Assembly (NCBI RefSeq): GCF_047555085.1
Contig: NZ_CP180230.1
Span: 240,001 to 272,000 of the forward strand
Length of the DNA: 32,000 nt
Direction of reading: 5' to 3'
DNA from: Candidatus Saccharimonadota bacterium
GTDB taxonomy: Archaea; Nanohalarchaeota; Nanosalinia; Nanosalinales; Nanosalinaceae
Part shown: positions 1-7,796 of the stretch, one piece after another
How positions within the stretch are numbered: position 1 is the first letter of the stretch
How the letters are laid out: each line of letters starts with the position of its first letter
Made by a program: the position numbers and the translations under genes
Notes under the pieces: model-generated
Told to the model about the DNA's origin: nothing
Seen by the model: only the letters and a program-made list of their open reading frames with translations
Databases searched by the model: none

Positions 1-418
1 CTGATGATGCTGTAAATGCTATCAGGAGTGCTGTGGCTACTGTGAAAAGGCCTGCGACAAATTTTCCGTTGATTATCTCGTCCCGGTATACAGGATATGA
101 TAAAAGCAACTCGATTGTTCCCTCCTCTCGTTCCCGTGAGATAGAATCATAGCTCAACAGAAGAGCAAGTATTGCCGCTGCAAGAGGCAAGTTAAGGCCT
201 ACAAGAGGCCCGAATACATCGATTAGAGATGGCTTTTCCGGTACAGGCCCGTAACTGTTTCCGCCTTCAAAGTTTTCCATCTGCTGATTGTACTCGTCGA
301 CACCCATGTACACCGATCCCATGGAAAGTGCAAGGAAAAGGCCCAGAATCAACAGAAACTTTTTGCTTGAAAAACTATCCTCGATCTGTTTCCGGCCTAT
401 ATCCCACATCGAGCCCAT
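1..418 (-). CDS. ABC-2 type transporter permease, N-terminal part (continues beyond window edge)
   Basis: Hand translation of the minus strand from ATG 418-416, directly after the ATPase stop, stays open to position 1. It reads MGSMWDIGRKQIEDSFSSKKFLLILGLFLALSMGSVY...LLLSYDSISREREEGTIELLLSYPVYRDEIINGKF. There is an N-terminal TM helix, and the ExxGT(I/L)ELLLS-P motif is typical of ABC-2/NosY-like permeases. It lies downstream of the ATPase in the same operon. Confidence 0.6.
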   Translation of the reverse strand, partial: MGSMWDIGRKQIEDSFSSKKFLLILGLFLALSMGSVYMGVDEYNQQMENFEGGNSYGPVPEKPSLIDVFGPLVGLNLPLAAAILALLLSYDSISREREEGTIELLLSYPVYRDEIINGKFVAGLFTVATALLIAFTASS

Positions 419-1327
419 TTATCCGCCACCTGTCAACTTCAGATAAGTTGTCTCCAGAGTTTCCTCCTCCATCTCGAAAGCTTCAACATCAATATCTTCC
501 TCCATCAATCGATCGAAGAGCTTACTTCGGATATCATCCTCCGCCAGGATCTCCAATTCTTTCTTCCCGGCCTCGTACTCCACGTCCATCTCATCAAGAA
601 TTTTCTCCGAGGCCTCCCGATCTTCAGTCTTCAAACGGATATAGGAGTCTGTATCTGTCTCACTGCTCAACTCGTGTCTCGTCCCACAGGCCTCGACTTT
701 TCCGTCACTGAGAATGGCAAATCTGTCGCATAAAGTATCAATTTCGGTGGTGATATGAGATGAAATTATGATGGTCTTGCCACGTTCTCTGTTAATCTTC
801 TTCACCAGATCCTTGAAGGCCTTTTTTCCCTGTGGATCAAGGCCTGTAGTCGGCTCATCGTAGATGATGATCTCCGGATCCTTGATCATCGACTGTGCGA
901 TCCCCAGACGCTTCTTCATCCCTGTGGAAAAATCTCCTACAGATCTATCCGCATCGTCCTCAAGGCCTACAAGATCGAGAAGATCATCCAGATCAGGATC
1001 CGTCCCGGCAAGCTCTGTAAAGAACTCAAGATTCTCCCGCGCACTCATCCCCTCGTAGAAGCTTATATCAGAGGGAAGATAGCCGATCTTCTCCTTTATC
1101 TCCTTCGACTGCGTATGCTCAGTCCCTTTGATCTTCACAGTGCCACTATCCTGCCTTAAAAGGCCTAGAACAGTCTGGAAAAGAGTAGTCTTCCCAACAC
1201 CGTTAGGCCCCAAGATGCCGAAGATCTCTCCTTCCTCTACAGAAAAATCTATACCTTTCAGTACTTCAAAATCTCCGTAGCTTTTCTCAACGCCTTCCAG
1301 TTCGATTATATCTGTCAAAAAATTCAC
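419..1327 (-). CDS. ABC transporter ATP-binding protein (ABC-2 exporter type)
   Basis: Walker A GPNGVGKTT, signature-like FSTGMKKRLGIAQ, Walker B IIIYDEPTTGLD, H-loop SSHI. The GTG start overlaps the upstream stop (GTGA). Confidence 0.9.
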   Translation of the reverse strand: MNFLTDIIELEGVEKSYGDFEVLKGIDFSVEEGEIFGILGPNGVGKTTLFQTVLGLLRQDSGTVKIKGTEHTQSKEIKEKIGYLPSDISFYEGMSARENLEFFTELAGTDPDLDDLLDLVGLEDDADRSVGDFSTGMKKRLGIAQSMIKDPEIIIYDEPTTGLDPQGKKAFKDLVKKINRERGKTIIISSHITTEIDTLCDRFAILSDGKVEACGTRHELSSETDTDSYIRLKTEDREASEKILDEMDVEYEAGKKELEILAEDDIRSKLFDRLMEEDIDVEAFEMEEETLETTYLKLTGGG

Positions 1328-2445
1328 CTTCTGCTGAACTTCCTGTAGACGAATATCAATGCTGCAAGACTCAAAGCCATCAAAACAAGGCCTACACTGC
1401 TCATCCCGCTCTCCTCTCTCACATTGATCCTTATCTCGGAAGGACTCTCTATAGAGGCCTTGTCTGAAGATGCAGAAATCTCTACAAAGTAGTCTCCTGG
1501 CGAGGCCTCAGCAGGTACGTCCAGAGTCAGCATGGATCTCTGACGCTCTCTTGTATCCAGCTCGCTGAATCCTTCAGGATTTAAATCGTATTCCCAGCTA
1601 TCCGGCGCAGTCACCTCTATCTCAACGTTTTCAAGGGCTGCACCGGTGCTATCATCCCTGTATCCGAATCCGGCGCTGTTCCTGACTGTTATAGGAATCT
1701 CCTTTGTCTCATCAGGATTTGACGCCATATAATTTTCTCTTATATTCAGAGACATCTCTCTTTCAACTTCTGCACCACGTATCTCCATCTGGAACTCTTC
1801 TGAAAGCTTTTCTCCGTTCTGAGCGATCAAACGGACTTTGTATGTTCCCAACTCTGCGTTTTCAGGGACTTCAAGATTTGCAGTAACGGATTCCTCTTCA
1901 CCTGCCTCCACGTAGACCTCTGTAACGTTGAAATCCTGAAAACTGAAGGAGGCCTCTACAGAGGCGTTAGTATCCACGGAAAGATTATAGGTTTGATTCA
2001 GAAATCCTGTATTCTCTATAGTGAAAGGTATGTCAGCGCTGTCGTCCTGTGAAACGATTATCTTGCTTGGAGCCGATGAATCGATCTCTCCAGAGGACAG
2101 GATCTCTTTATCAGCCATTATATCAAGATTCAGAAATCTTCCATCCCTGTCCCAGCCGGAAGAACCTATTCTGATGCTGAGATTCTCTGAAATATTCAGA
2201 GTTTCTCCTTCCCTCTCATAGATATCGTCGTTCTCCACCTGATCCATTATACGGAACGATGTGTCCATCCAGCGGCCTATCTCAAGTACGTCGTCGCCGT
2301 TCTGACTGCTGTACTCTACAATGTAGTCGCCGATTTCCTCCTGTTCGCCAAAATACATTTTCTCATCGTGACTGTAGCTCTGGCCTAGTACAAGGCCTGA
2401 AAACAGTAGAAAAAACACCGAAAAAACCAGCATCTTTCGTCTCAT
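1324..2445 (-). CDS. Secreted/anchored cell-surface protein with two CARDB/NEW3-like beta-sandwich repeats
   Basis: N-terminal signal-like MRRKMLVFSVFFLLFSGLVLG and a C-terminal TM anchor plus basic tail (LVLMALSLAALIFVYRKFSRR). Several N-x-S/T sequons are present. It is the first gene of the ABC-2 operon, an arrangement common for archaeal COG1470-like proteins. Confidence 0.7.
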   Translation of the reverse strand: MRRKMLVFSVFFLLFSGLVLGQSYSHDEKMYFGEQEEIGDYIVEYSSQNGDDVLEIGRWMDTSFRIMDQVENDDIYEREGETLNISENLSIRIGSSGWDRDGRFLNLDIMADKEILSSGEIDSSAPSKIIVSQDDSADIPFTIENTGFLNQTYNLSVDTNASVEASFSFQDFNVTEVYVEAGEEESVTANLEVPENAELGTYKVRLIAQNGEKLSEEFQMEIRGAEVEREMSLNIRENYMASNPDETKEIPITVRNSAGFGYRDDSTGAALENVEIEVTAPDSWEYDLNPEGFSELDTRERQRSMLTLDVPAEASPGDYFVEISASSDKASIESPSEIRINVREESGMSSVGLVLMALSLAALIFVYRKFSRR

Positions 2446-2487
2446 AACCTATAAGTTACCTGGCTTTACTTTTTAAATGCTTTAAAG

Positions 2488-2509
2488 CTGTTCGAGGCTT
2501 TTCGAACAG
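2488..2509. promoter_or_regulatory. Perfect 8-bp inverted repeat in a divergent promoter region
   Basis: ctgttcga-ggcttt-tcgaacag, just downstream of the TATA-like ttttaaat/tttaaag (2471-2487). It lies between divergent genes, so it is not a terminator. Confidence 0.3.
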
Positions 2510-2560
2510 AATTCTGGAGTTGCTCTGCCTGAAAATTTATCTTGACTCTCCGCAATTTAC

Positions 2561-3025
2561 GTGGCAGGGGAAGATGTTTTCAAGATTAACTCTCCAACTG
2601 AAAGTATGGATCTGGATGAGATCATCGAGGAAAGTCTCAGGGAACGAACCAGGGAAGCTATAGAAACAGATGTACTTGAAAAAACAGAGCCTGGGATGAA
2701 ACACAAGAAGAACGCACAGGAGGAGAAGATTGAGAGACAGGCCTTCTCCAAGACAGGGGCCTCGATGACACCGCAGCAGGTAGAATACCTTGTACAGGAG
2801 AAAACAGGTATGGACAACGAGGAACTGGAAAAATTCCTGGCAGGAGAACACGAGGCCTCGGAGACGCTCAAGAACTGGAACGATTACTCCCGGACAGAAG
2901 AGAAATTCATGATACAGAACTACCAGACATCCAGTCCTGAAGAGATCGCTGAAAGACTTGACAGGCCTCAGGAAGAAGTTGAAGTCAAGCTGAAGCTTAT
3001 GGGATTTAACCCGGAGAAGATGTAG
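2561..3025 (+). CDS. Hypothetical acidic protein with a possible C-terminal helix-turn-helix-like segment
   Basis: 154-aa ORF with a GTG start. The composition is acidic like the neighbouring genes. The stop TAG overlaps the GTG of the next gene (TAGTG). The C-terminal segment WNDYSRTEEKFMIQNYQTSSPEEIAERLDRPQEEVEVKLKLMGF looks HTH/Myb-like, which is weak evidence. Confidence 0.55.
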   Translation: MAGEDVFKINSPTESMDLDEIIEESLRERTREAIETDVLEKTEPGMKHKKNAQEEKIERQAFSKTGASMTPQQVEYLVQEKTGMDNEELEKFLAGEHEASETLKNWNDYSRTEEKFMIQNYQTSSPEEIAERLDRPQEEVEVKLKLMGFNPEKM

Positions 3026-3792
3026 TGGAGGCCTCTGAGATGGATAGAGAAGAGATTAGAGATAAGGCGCTGAAACAGACGCGTGAAAAACTGCGCAAGC
3101 CTGTGGAGAAAGATCTTTTTCTGGTGAAAACTGTACAGCAACTCGACAAGTTGAACAAGAACTTCCGTGAAGACGTTGAAAACTTCCGTGATCTTTACTC
3201 ACAGCACTTCCCGGAGCTTGTATCAGAACTGACCGATGACGAAAGATTTGTGGATATGCTGGATCGCTTTGGAGTACAGAGATCAGAACTTGAGCCGTTT
3301 CAGGAGCTAGCAGAAAGTTCTACAGGCTCTGCGATAAACGATGAAGAAAAACAGATAATTGAAGATATCCTCTCCCAGCTAGTTGAGACAAAAGAGACTA
3401 CAGAACGACTGGAGGCCTATGTTGAGAAAGAGGCGAAAAAAGAGTTCCAGAATCTTTCAGGCCTTCTGAATCCGCTTCTGGCGACAAGATTAGTCGCTCT
3501 GGCAGGAGGCCTGGACGAACTGGCGAAGAAGCCGGCCTCTACAGTCCAGATGCTTGGAGCAGAGAAAGCACTTTTCCGTTACCTTCACGGAGAAGGCACG
3601 CCACCGAAACACGGAGTTCTATTCAATCATCCGTTCGTGAAAAATCTTCCTGAAGAAGAAAGAGGGAAAATGGCACGTTTCCTCGCCAACAAAGCAGTTA
3701 TGGCAGCCAGGATTGATAACTACGGCGATGAGGATAAATCCGAAGGCCTCAGAGAAGAGGCCCGTGAAAGATACGAGGAACTGAAGAACTAG
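3025..3792 (+). CDS. nop5: Nop5 (Nop56/58) box C/D sRNP protein, coiled-coil plus Nop domain only
   Basis: DLYSQHFPEL (coiled-coil start) and a Nop domain: LGAEKALFRYLHGEGTPPKHGVLFNHPFV...ARFLANKAVMAARIDNY. It is only 255 aa. The first residues align to the linker before the coiled coil, so the N-terminal fibrillarin-binding domain is absent. Confidence 0.85.
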   Translation: MEASEMDREEIRDKALKQTREKLRKPVEKDLFLVKTVQQLDKLNKNFREDVENFRDLYSQHFPELVSELTDDERFVDMLDRFGVQRSELEPFQELAESSTGSAINDEEKQIIEDILSQLVETKETTERLEAYVEKEAKKEFQNLSGLLNPLLATRLVALAGGLDELAKKPASTVQMLGAEKALFRYLHGEGTPPKHGVLFNHPFVKNLPEEERGKMARFLANKAVMAARIDNYGDEDKSEGLREEARERYEELKN

Positions 3793-3796
3793 ATTT

Positions 3797-4261
3797 CTAG
3801 AGATCTTCGTCGAGATAAGGATGGCTGTATTCCGAAAAATTCTCTACATCCATTGTTCCGTTCTCCTTCATCTCGAAGGCCTTGAGCACTATATCGTTCC
3901 TGAGCTCTCTATCTTCGATTTCCTGTCTTGAAAGAAATTCTGCATCCAGAACTTCCTCGTCGAACTCCGGATCAGGCCTTCCGTCCTCCACTTTACATGA
4001 GAAAACGAAGACAAAGATCGGATGTCCGTCAAGAGTGGAATTTCCTTCAGCTACTCCGAGAAGGCCTTTCACTTCTTCAACTTCGAGGCCTGTCTCCTCC
4101 CATACTTCTCTTTTGACGGCTTCTGCTGGATTTTCTCCATGCTCAACAGCTCCTCCCGGGATGTTCCATGTGCCTCTGCATCGTTCTTTGCCTTCTTTTA
4201 TCATAAGATACTCTCCGTTTCTCTCGATCAATGCATCTGCTGCAACATAGAAACTTGCCAT
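3797..4261 (-). CDS. NUDIX hydrolase
   Basis: NUDIX box GGAVEHGENPAEAVKREVWEETGLEV. The ATG at 4261 (MASFYVAAD...) is preferred over the track GTG at 4276 by alignment with the paralogue at 6139-6594. Confidence 0.85.
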   Translation of the reverse strand: MASFYVAADALIERNGEYLMIKEGKERCRGTWNIPGGAVEHGENPAEAVKREVWEETGLEVEEVKGLLGVAEGNSTLDGHPIFVFVFSCKVEDGRPDPEFDEEVLDAEFLSRQEIEDRELRNDIVLKAFEMKENGTMDVENFSEYSHPYLDEDL

Positions 4262-4315
4262 AAGAACTTTTTGCACGCAGTAAGACTAAAACTTTCACGT
4301 CAGAAAAGAATCTAC

Positions 4316-4963
4316 ATGAAACAGATACAGCCCGGCATCTACGAAAAAGGCCAGAAACTTTACACAAAGGCCTCATCCACGCAGAAAGTCTACGGGGAAA
4401 AATTCATAGAGGAAGACGGAGAAAAATACCGTGAATGGAATCCCAATCGTTCCAAAGCCGGAGCAGCAGTCAAAAAAGGAGTAAATCTTGAACTAGGCCT
4501 TGATTCCGATGTGCTGTATCTCGGCGCCGCCTCAGGCACCACAGTCTCACACTTCTCCGATATACTTGAGGAAGGCTTCGTCTTTGCACTTGAGTACTCC
4601 GATACAGTGATTAGAAAACTTGTAGAAGTCGCAGAATCCAGGAAAAACATCGCACCGATCCTCGGAAACGCCAGAAATCCGGACGAATACGAAGACCTTG
4701 TCACACAAGTCGATGCCGTATTTCAGGATATCTCACAGAGCGATCAGGCGGAAATATTCACAAAAAACGCCGAAAAATACCTGAAAAAAGACGGAGTAGC
4801 ACTCCTCGCAGTAAAGGCCCAGTCAATATCCACTTCAAGGCCTGCAGAAGAAATCTTTGATGAGGTCAAGGAAAAATTGAAGGCAAAATTCGAGATAAAA
4901 GAAGAAACTCTCCTTGATCCGTACGAAACAGATCATCTGTTCCTGAAAATGAAATTAAAGTAG
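4316..4963 (+). CDS. flpA: Fibrillarin-like rRNA/tRNA 2'-O-methyltransferase
   Basis: YREWNPNRSKAGAAV, SAM motif VLYLGAASGTTVSHFSDI, DISQSDQAEI. The internal ATG at 4316 removes a non-acidic 98-aa extension that overlaps the NUDIX gene. Confidence 0.9.
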   Translation: MKQIQPGIYEKGQKLYTKASSTQKVYGEKFIEEDGEKYREWNPNRSKAGAAVKKGVNLELGLDSDVLYLGAASGTTVSHFSDILEEGFVFALEYSDTVIRKLVEVAESRKNIAPILGNARNPDEYEDLVTQVDAVFQDISQSDQAEIFTKNAEKYLKKDGVALLAVKAQSISTSRPAEEIFDEVKEKLKAKFEIKEETLLDPYETDHLFLKMKLK

Positions 4964-4974
4964 AAAAGAAAAAT

Positions 4975-5730
4975 TCAGGCCTCGGCAAGTTCCTTCGCCC
5001 ACTCGTAGCCTTCATCTTCCAGCTTCTCAGCGAGCTTCGGGCCTCCAGACTCCACTATTTTTCCGTCTACCATGACGTGGACGTGATCAGGCTTGACGTG
5101 ATCCAGAATCCGCTGGTAGTGCGTGATCATCAGGATTCCTCTGTCATCATTGGCCAGTGCGTTGATACCTTTCGCCACTACCTGTAGAGCATCGATATCA
5201 AGGCCTGAATCAATCTCATCAAGGATAGCGTACTTTGGATTCAGTACTGCCATTTGAAGGATCTCATTGCGCTTCTTTTCTCCGCCGGAGAATCCTTCGT
5301 TCAGATATCTACGGGCATAGTCTTCCTCCATGTCCAGTAGTTCAAGTTTTTCTCTGAGAAGTTCGTTGAACTCGCTCTGAGGCATAGCATCTTGCCCTTC
5401 TTCCTCTCTACGGGCGTCGATCGCTTCCTTCAAAAATTCTGCGACTGTGATCCCGGAGATCTCGCTTGGATACTGGAAACCAAGGAAAAGGCCTTCACGC
5501 GCTCTCTCATCTGTTTCTTCATCCGTAACGTCTTCGCCGTCGACAAGGATTTTTCCTCCGTCGATGCTGTAGACTGGATTGCCCATCAGGGATTTGCAGA
5601 GGGTGGATTTTCCGGAGCCGTTAGGCCCCATGATTGCGTGGACTTCTCCGGGCCCGACTTCTAGAGAAACTCCTTTTACGATGTCTTCGTCTTCAACTGA
5701 AACTTCCAAGTTTTCAACTTTTAATGTCAT
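4975..5730 (-). CDS. sufC: Fe-S cluster assembly ATPase SufC
   Basis: MGPNGSGKSTL, LNEGFSGGEKKRNEILQ, ILDEIDSGLDIDAL, ITHY. An SD GGTGG lies 8 nt upstream of the ATG. Confidence 0.93.
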   Translation of the reverse strand: MTLKVENLEVSVEDEDIVKGVSLEVGPGEVHAIMGPNGSGKSTLCKSLMGNPVYSIDGGKILVDGEDVTDEETDERAREGLFLGFQYPSEISGITVAEFLKEAIDARREEEGQDAMPQSEFNELLREKLELLDMEEDYARRYLNEGFSGGEKKRNEILQMAVLNPKYAILDEIDSGLDIDALQVVAKGINALANDDRGILMITHYQRILDHVKPDHVHVMVDGKIVESGGPKLAEKLEDEGYEWAKELAEA

Positions 5731-5788
5731 TCTAGCCCACCTTTGAGCAGAATGTAGTAGAAATTCTTTGAATTTCGTGTCATAATAT

Positions 5789-5816
5789 TTTAGGTAGGCC
5801 TAAAATTTCTTTAAGG
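5789..5816 (-). promoter_or_regulatory. sufC promoter module: TATA-like element plus 16-nt dyad shared with sufB
   Basis: The plus strand reads tttaggtaggcctaaa-atttctttaagg. The 16-mer is identical to 16768-16783 and is followed by tctttaa in both copies. On the sense strand it reads TTAAAGA...TTTAGGCCTACCTAAA. Confidence 0.4.
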
Positions 5817-5885
5817 TGGAGGCTGGAACATAGTCTGGTATAAATAATTTTCCTGTCTATTCAGTATTTCCGGAGGAGAGATTAA

Positions 5886-6131
5886 ATGTCAGCAGTTGAA
5901 TACACGGACAACAGTATAGAGGATTTTGTACAACGGGTAAAGACCTACGATGCATCGTGGACGGATGAAATCGATAAAATGGATGTAGAAGAGGACGGCG
6001 ACTTCATGTATCTTGAATTAGAGGCCTCTGAAGATATAGCCAGCGAGTTCCACGAGTTAGGTCTGGAGCTATCAGCTCACACTGCTGAGATCAACAACGG
6101 TGAAAGATACAGACTGGCCCGGGAAAAATAA
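5886..6131 (+). CDS. Hypothetical small acidic protein
   Basis: 81-aa ORF with a strong SD (GGAGGAG) 6 nt upstream of the ATG and acidic composition. No family was recognised. Confidence 0.55.
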   Translation: MSAVEYTDNSIEDFVQRVKTYDASWTDEIDKMDVEEDGDFMYLELEASEDIASEFHELGLELSAHTAEINNGERYRLAREK

Positions 6132-6138
6132 AATTTTA

Positions 6139-6594
6139 CTACTGATCCAGATCCTCTCGACAGTCCACGACAGTGTCAAGAGGCCTCAAATCCCCTCTTT
6201 CAAATTTCTTTACTGCCTCATCCAGGAAAGGGATTCTTACATCGATATCTGAAAATTCCTCGGGCGTGAAAAACTTTACATCAAGAATTTCTTCGCCTTT
6301 AGGCCTTTCAACTGAGAAATCCTGAGGCCTGGAATGGAAAACGAATACGAGGACGGTTGAGTCGCTTCTGTCGCTGTCATCTACGAATACACCCATGAAA
6401 TTTTCCAGTTCTACTTCAAGGCCTGTCTCCTCTCTTGCCTCGCGTACTGCAGCGTCCTGAATACTTTCGTCTTTATCTACTCCTCCGGCAGGAAGATTCC
6501 ATTCTCCTCTGACGGCCTCTTTCCCCTCCTGTACAAGAAGGTATTCTCCGTTTTTCTCGATTAGATTCGCCGCTACAGCGTGAAAATCCGACAT
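6139..6594 (-). CDS. NUDIX hydrolase (paralogue of 3797-4261)
   Basis: NUDIX box AGGVDKDESIQDAAVREAREETGLEV. It aligns along its whole length with the other NUDIX ORF. The ATG at 6594 (MSDFHAVAAN...) is preferred over the track TTG at 6621. Confidence 0.85.
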   Translation of the reverse strand: MSDFHAVAANLIEKNGEYLLVQEGKEAVRGEWNLPAGGVDKDESIQDAAVREAREETGLEVELENFMGVFVDDSDRSDSTVLVFVFHSRPQDFSVERPKGEEILDVKFFTPEEFSDIDVRIPFLDEAVKKFERGDLRPLDTVVDCREDLDQ

Positions 6595-6622
6595 AGAAAA
6601 CTTTTCTACTCCAAGATTCAAG

Positions 6623-6973
6623 TCATTTTTCCAGAGCTTTCTGAACTGTTTTCAGGCCCAGCATCGCACACTTCATACGCATAGGGGAGATCTCGATACC
6701 GAGTTCTTCCAGCATCCAGTCGCTGTCAAGGCCTTCGATCTCCTCCACGTCTTTTCCTGGCAGTTCCTCTGAAAGTATCGATACTGCTGCAGTACATATC
6801 GCACAACCGTCGGTCTCGTGCTTCATGTCCTGAATTCTTCCGTCCTCTACATCCAGAAAGATATGCGTGTCGTCGCCGCAACTGGCGTTTTCTCCCTCGG
6901 CCTCGTACGCTGTATCAAGTCTTCCCTCGTTTCGAGGCCTCTTGTAGTGATCAAGGATTTCGTCTCTATACAT
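6623..6973 (-). CDS. sufU: SufU/IscU-family Fe-S scaffold or sulfur-transfer protein
   Basis: Three conserved Cys contexts are present: SCGDD, DGCAICTA and MRMKCAMLGL. The N-terminus ILDHYKRPRN is typical of NifU-N/SufU proteins. Confidence 0.85.
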   Translation of the reverse strand: MYRDEILDHYKRPRNEGRLDTAYEAEGENASCGDDTHIFLDVEDGRIQDMKHETDGCAICTAAVSILSEELPGKDVEEIEGLDSDWMLEELGIEISPMRMKCAMLGLKTVQKALEK

Positions 6974-7052
6974 ACTTGTTTTATCAGGCCTCCAGATTTA
7001 AACCTGAAATTGTTGTAACTAACCGGTAAATACTTAACTCTCTGGTGCGGCC

Positions 7053-7796
7053 GTGATATCTGTGAAGCTATCGGAGTATGCAGAGATGCTTCTTGAACAG
7101 CCGAAGCAGCCTCAAGATGGGAATATGAATGAAGTTTCTATAGGCAAACATAGGGTTGCAAGAAAGTATAATGACCCTCCTCTTGTACAGCAGTATGTCT
7201 CTAATTTTTTTGATGAAGGCTATGGTCAGAAAGGAGATGAGAGAATCGAGAACTCGAGAGAGGCCTACAGAAATCGTGGAGGTATTGGTTTCAGAGTTCC
7301 AGAAATAATTCACTCGGATGGCGTCATAGAAGAAGTTGAAATGGTTCAAGGATCCAGTTTAGAGGAATATGTTTTATCAGGTGATAGGGAAGAAGTAGAG
7401 GATATAGCTGGTAAGTTTGCTGAGGCGCTAAAAGAAACTCATGAAAATGGGTTTGCGATTAGAGACTGTCGGCTCGAGAACTTCATTTATGAGGACTGCA
7501 GCTTCAGTGATGAAAACTATATCGCTGCTGTGGATACAGAGTGGTTTGAGGCCGATGCCTCAGAAGAAGATATAGCTGACGATTTAAGAGGCCTGGCGGT
7601 AAATATCAGTCAGCTGCCGGAAGATACGAGAAGAGAATTTCGACAGGCATTTGAAGAGAACTATGGAGAAAGCCTTGAAAACTATGTAACAACAAGAGCA
7701 AAGAGAGACATGGTAATAGAAACTACACGCGACAATTTAGCTAAAAGAGACTTCAACAAGATCAAAAACACTTTACAATATCTCACGTCGCGTTAA
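7053..7796 (+). CDS. Protein-kinase-like fold protein (RIO/Bud32/Kdo-like), degenerate catalytic motifs
   Basis: VARKY (ATP-lysine-like), a hinge-like EMVQGSSLEEYV, a catalytic-loop-like IRDCRLENFIY and a metal-binding-like AAVDTEW. The start is uncertain (GTG 7053, or ATG 7086/7125). The 3' end overlaps sufS convergently by 14 nt. Confidence 0.45.
   Translation: MISVKLSEYAEMLLEQPKQPQDGNMNEVSIGKHRVARKYNDPPLVQQYVSNFFDEGYGQKGDERIENSREAYRNRGGIGFRVPEIIHSDGVIEEVEMVQGSSLEEYVLSGDREEVEDIAGKFAEALKETHENGFAIRDCRLENFIYEDCSFSDENYIAAVDTEWFEADASEEDIADDLRGLAVNISQLPEDTRREFRQAFEENYGESLENYVTTRAKRDMVIETTRDNLAKRDFNKIKNTLQYLTSR

Noticed and set aside
229-711. 160-aa plus-strand ORF, and similar track ORFs lying antisense within confident genes (for example 864-1058, 10323-10691, 14074-14885, 18563-18988, 19785-20147, 26654-27070, 27966-28523).
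   Set aside because: They lie entirely antisense to genes with strong family signatures. Their products are S/P/R/L/F/C-rich, unlike the acidic proteome. These are shadow ORFs.
2561-3025. The idea that the ORF upstream of nop5 is the detached Nop5 N-terminal domain (a split gene).
   Set aside because: I saw no resemblance to the beta-rich Nop5 N-terminal domain. The product is highly charged and probably disordered, with an HTH-like tail. It is kept only as a possible functional substitute in the Nop5 finding.
4022-4315. 5' extension of the fibrillarin ORF, and the similar extension of the 17727 ORF (17727-17843).
   Set aside because: Both extensions overlap confident genes on the opposite strand and have a non-acidic, Cys/Phe-rich composition. 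Internal ATGs give products with normal N-termini.
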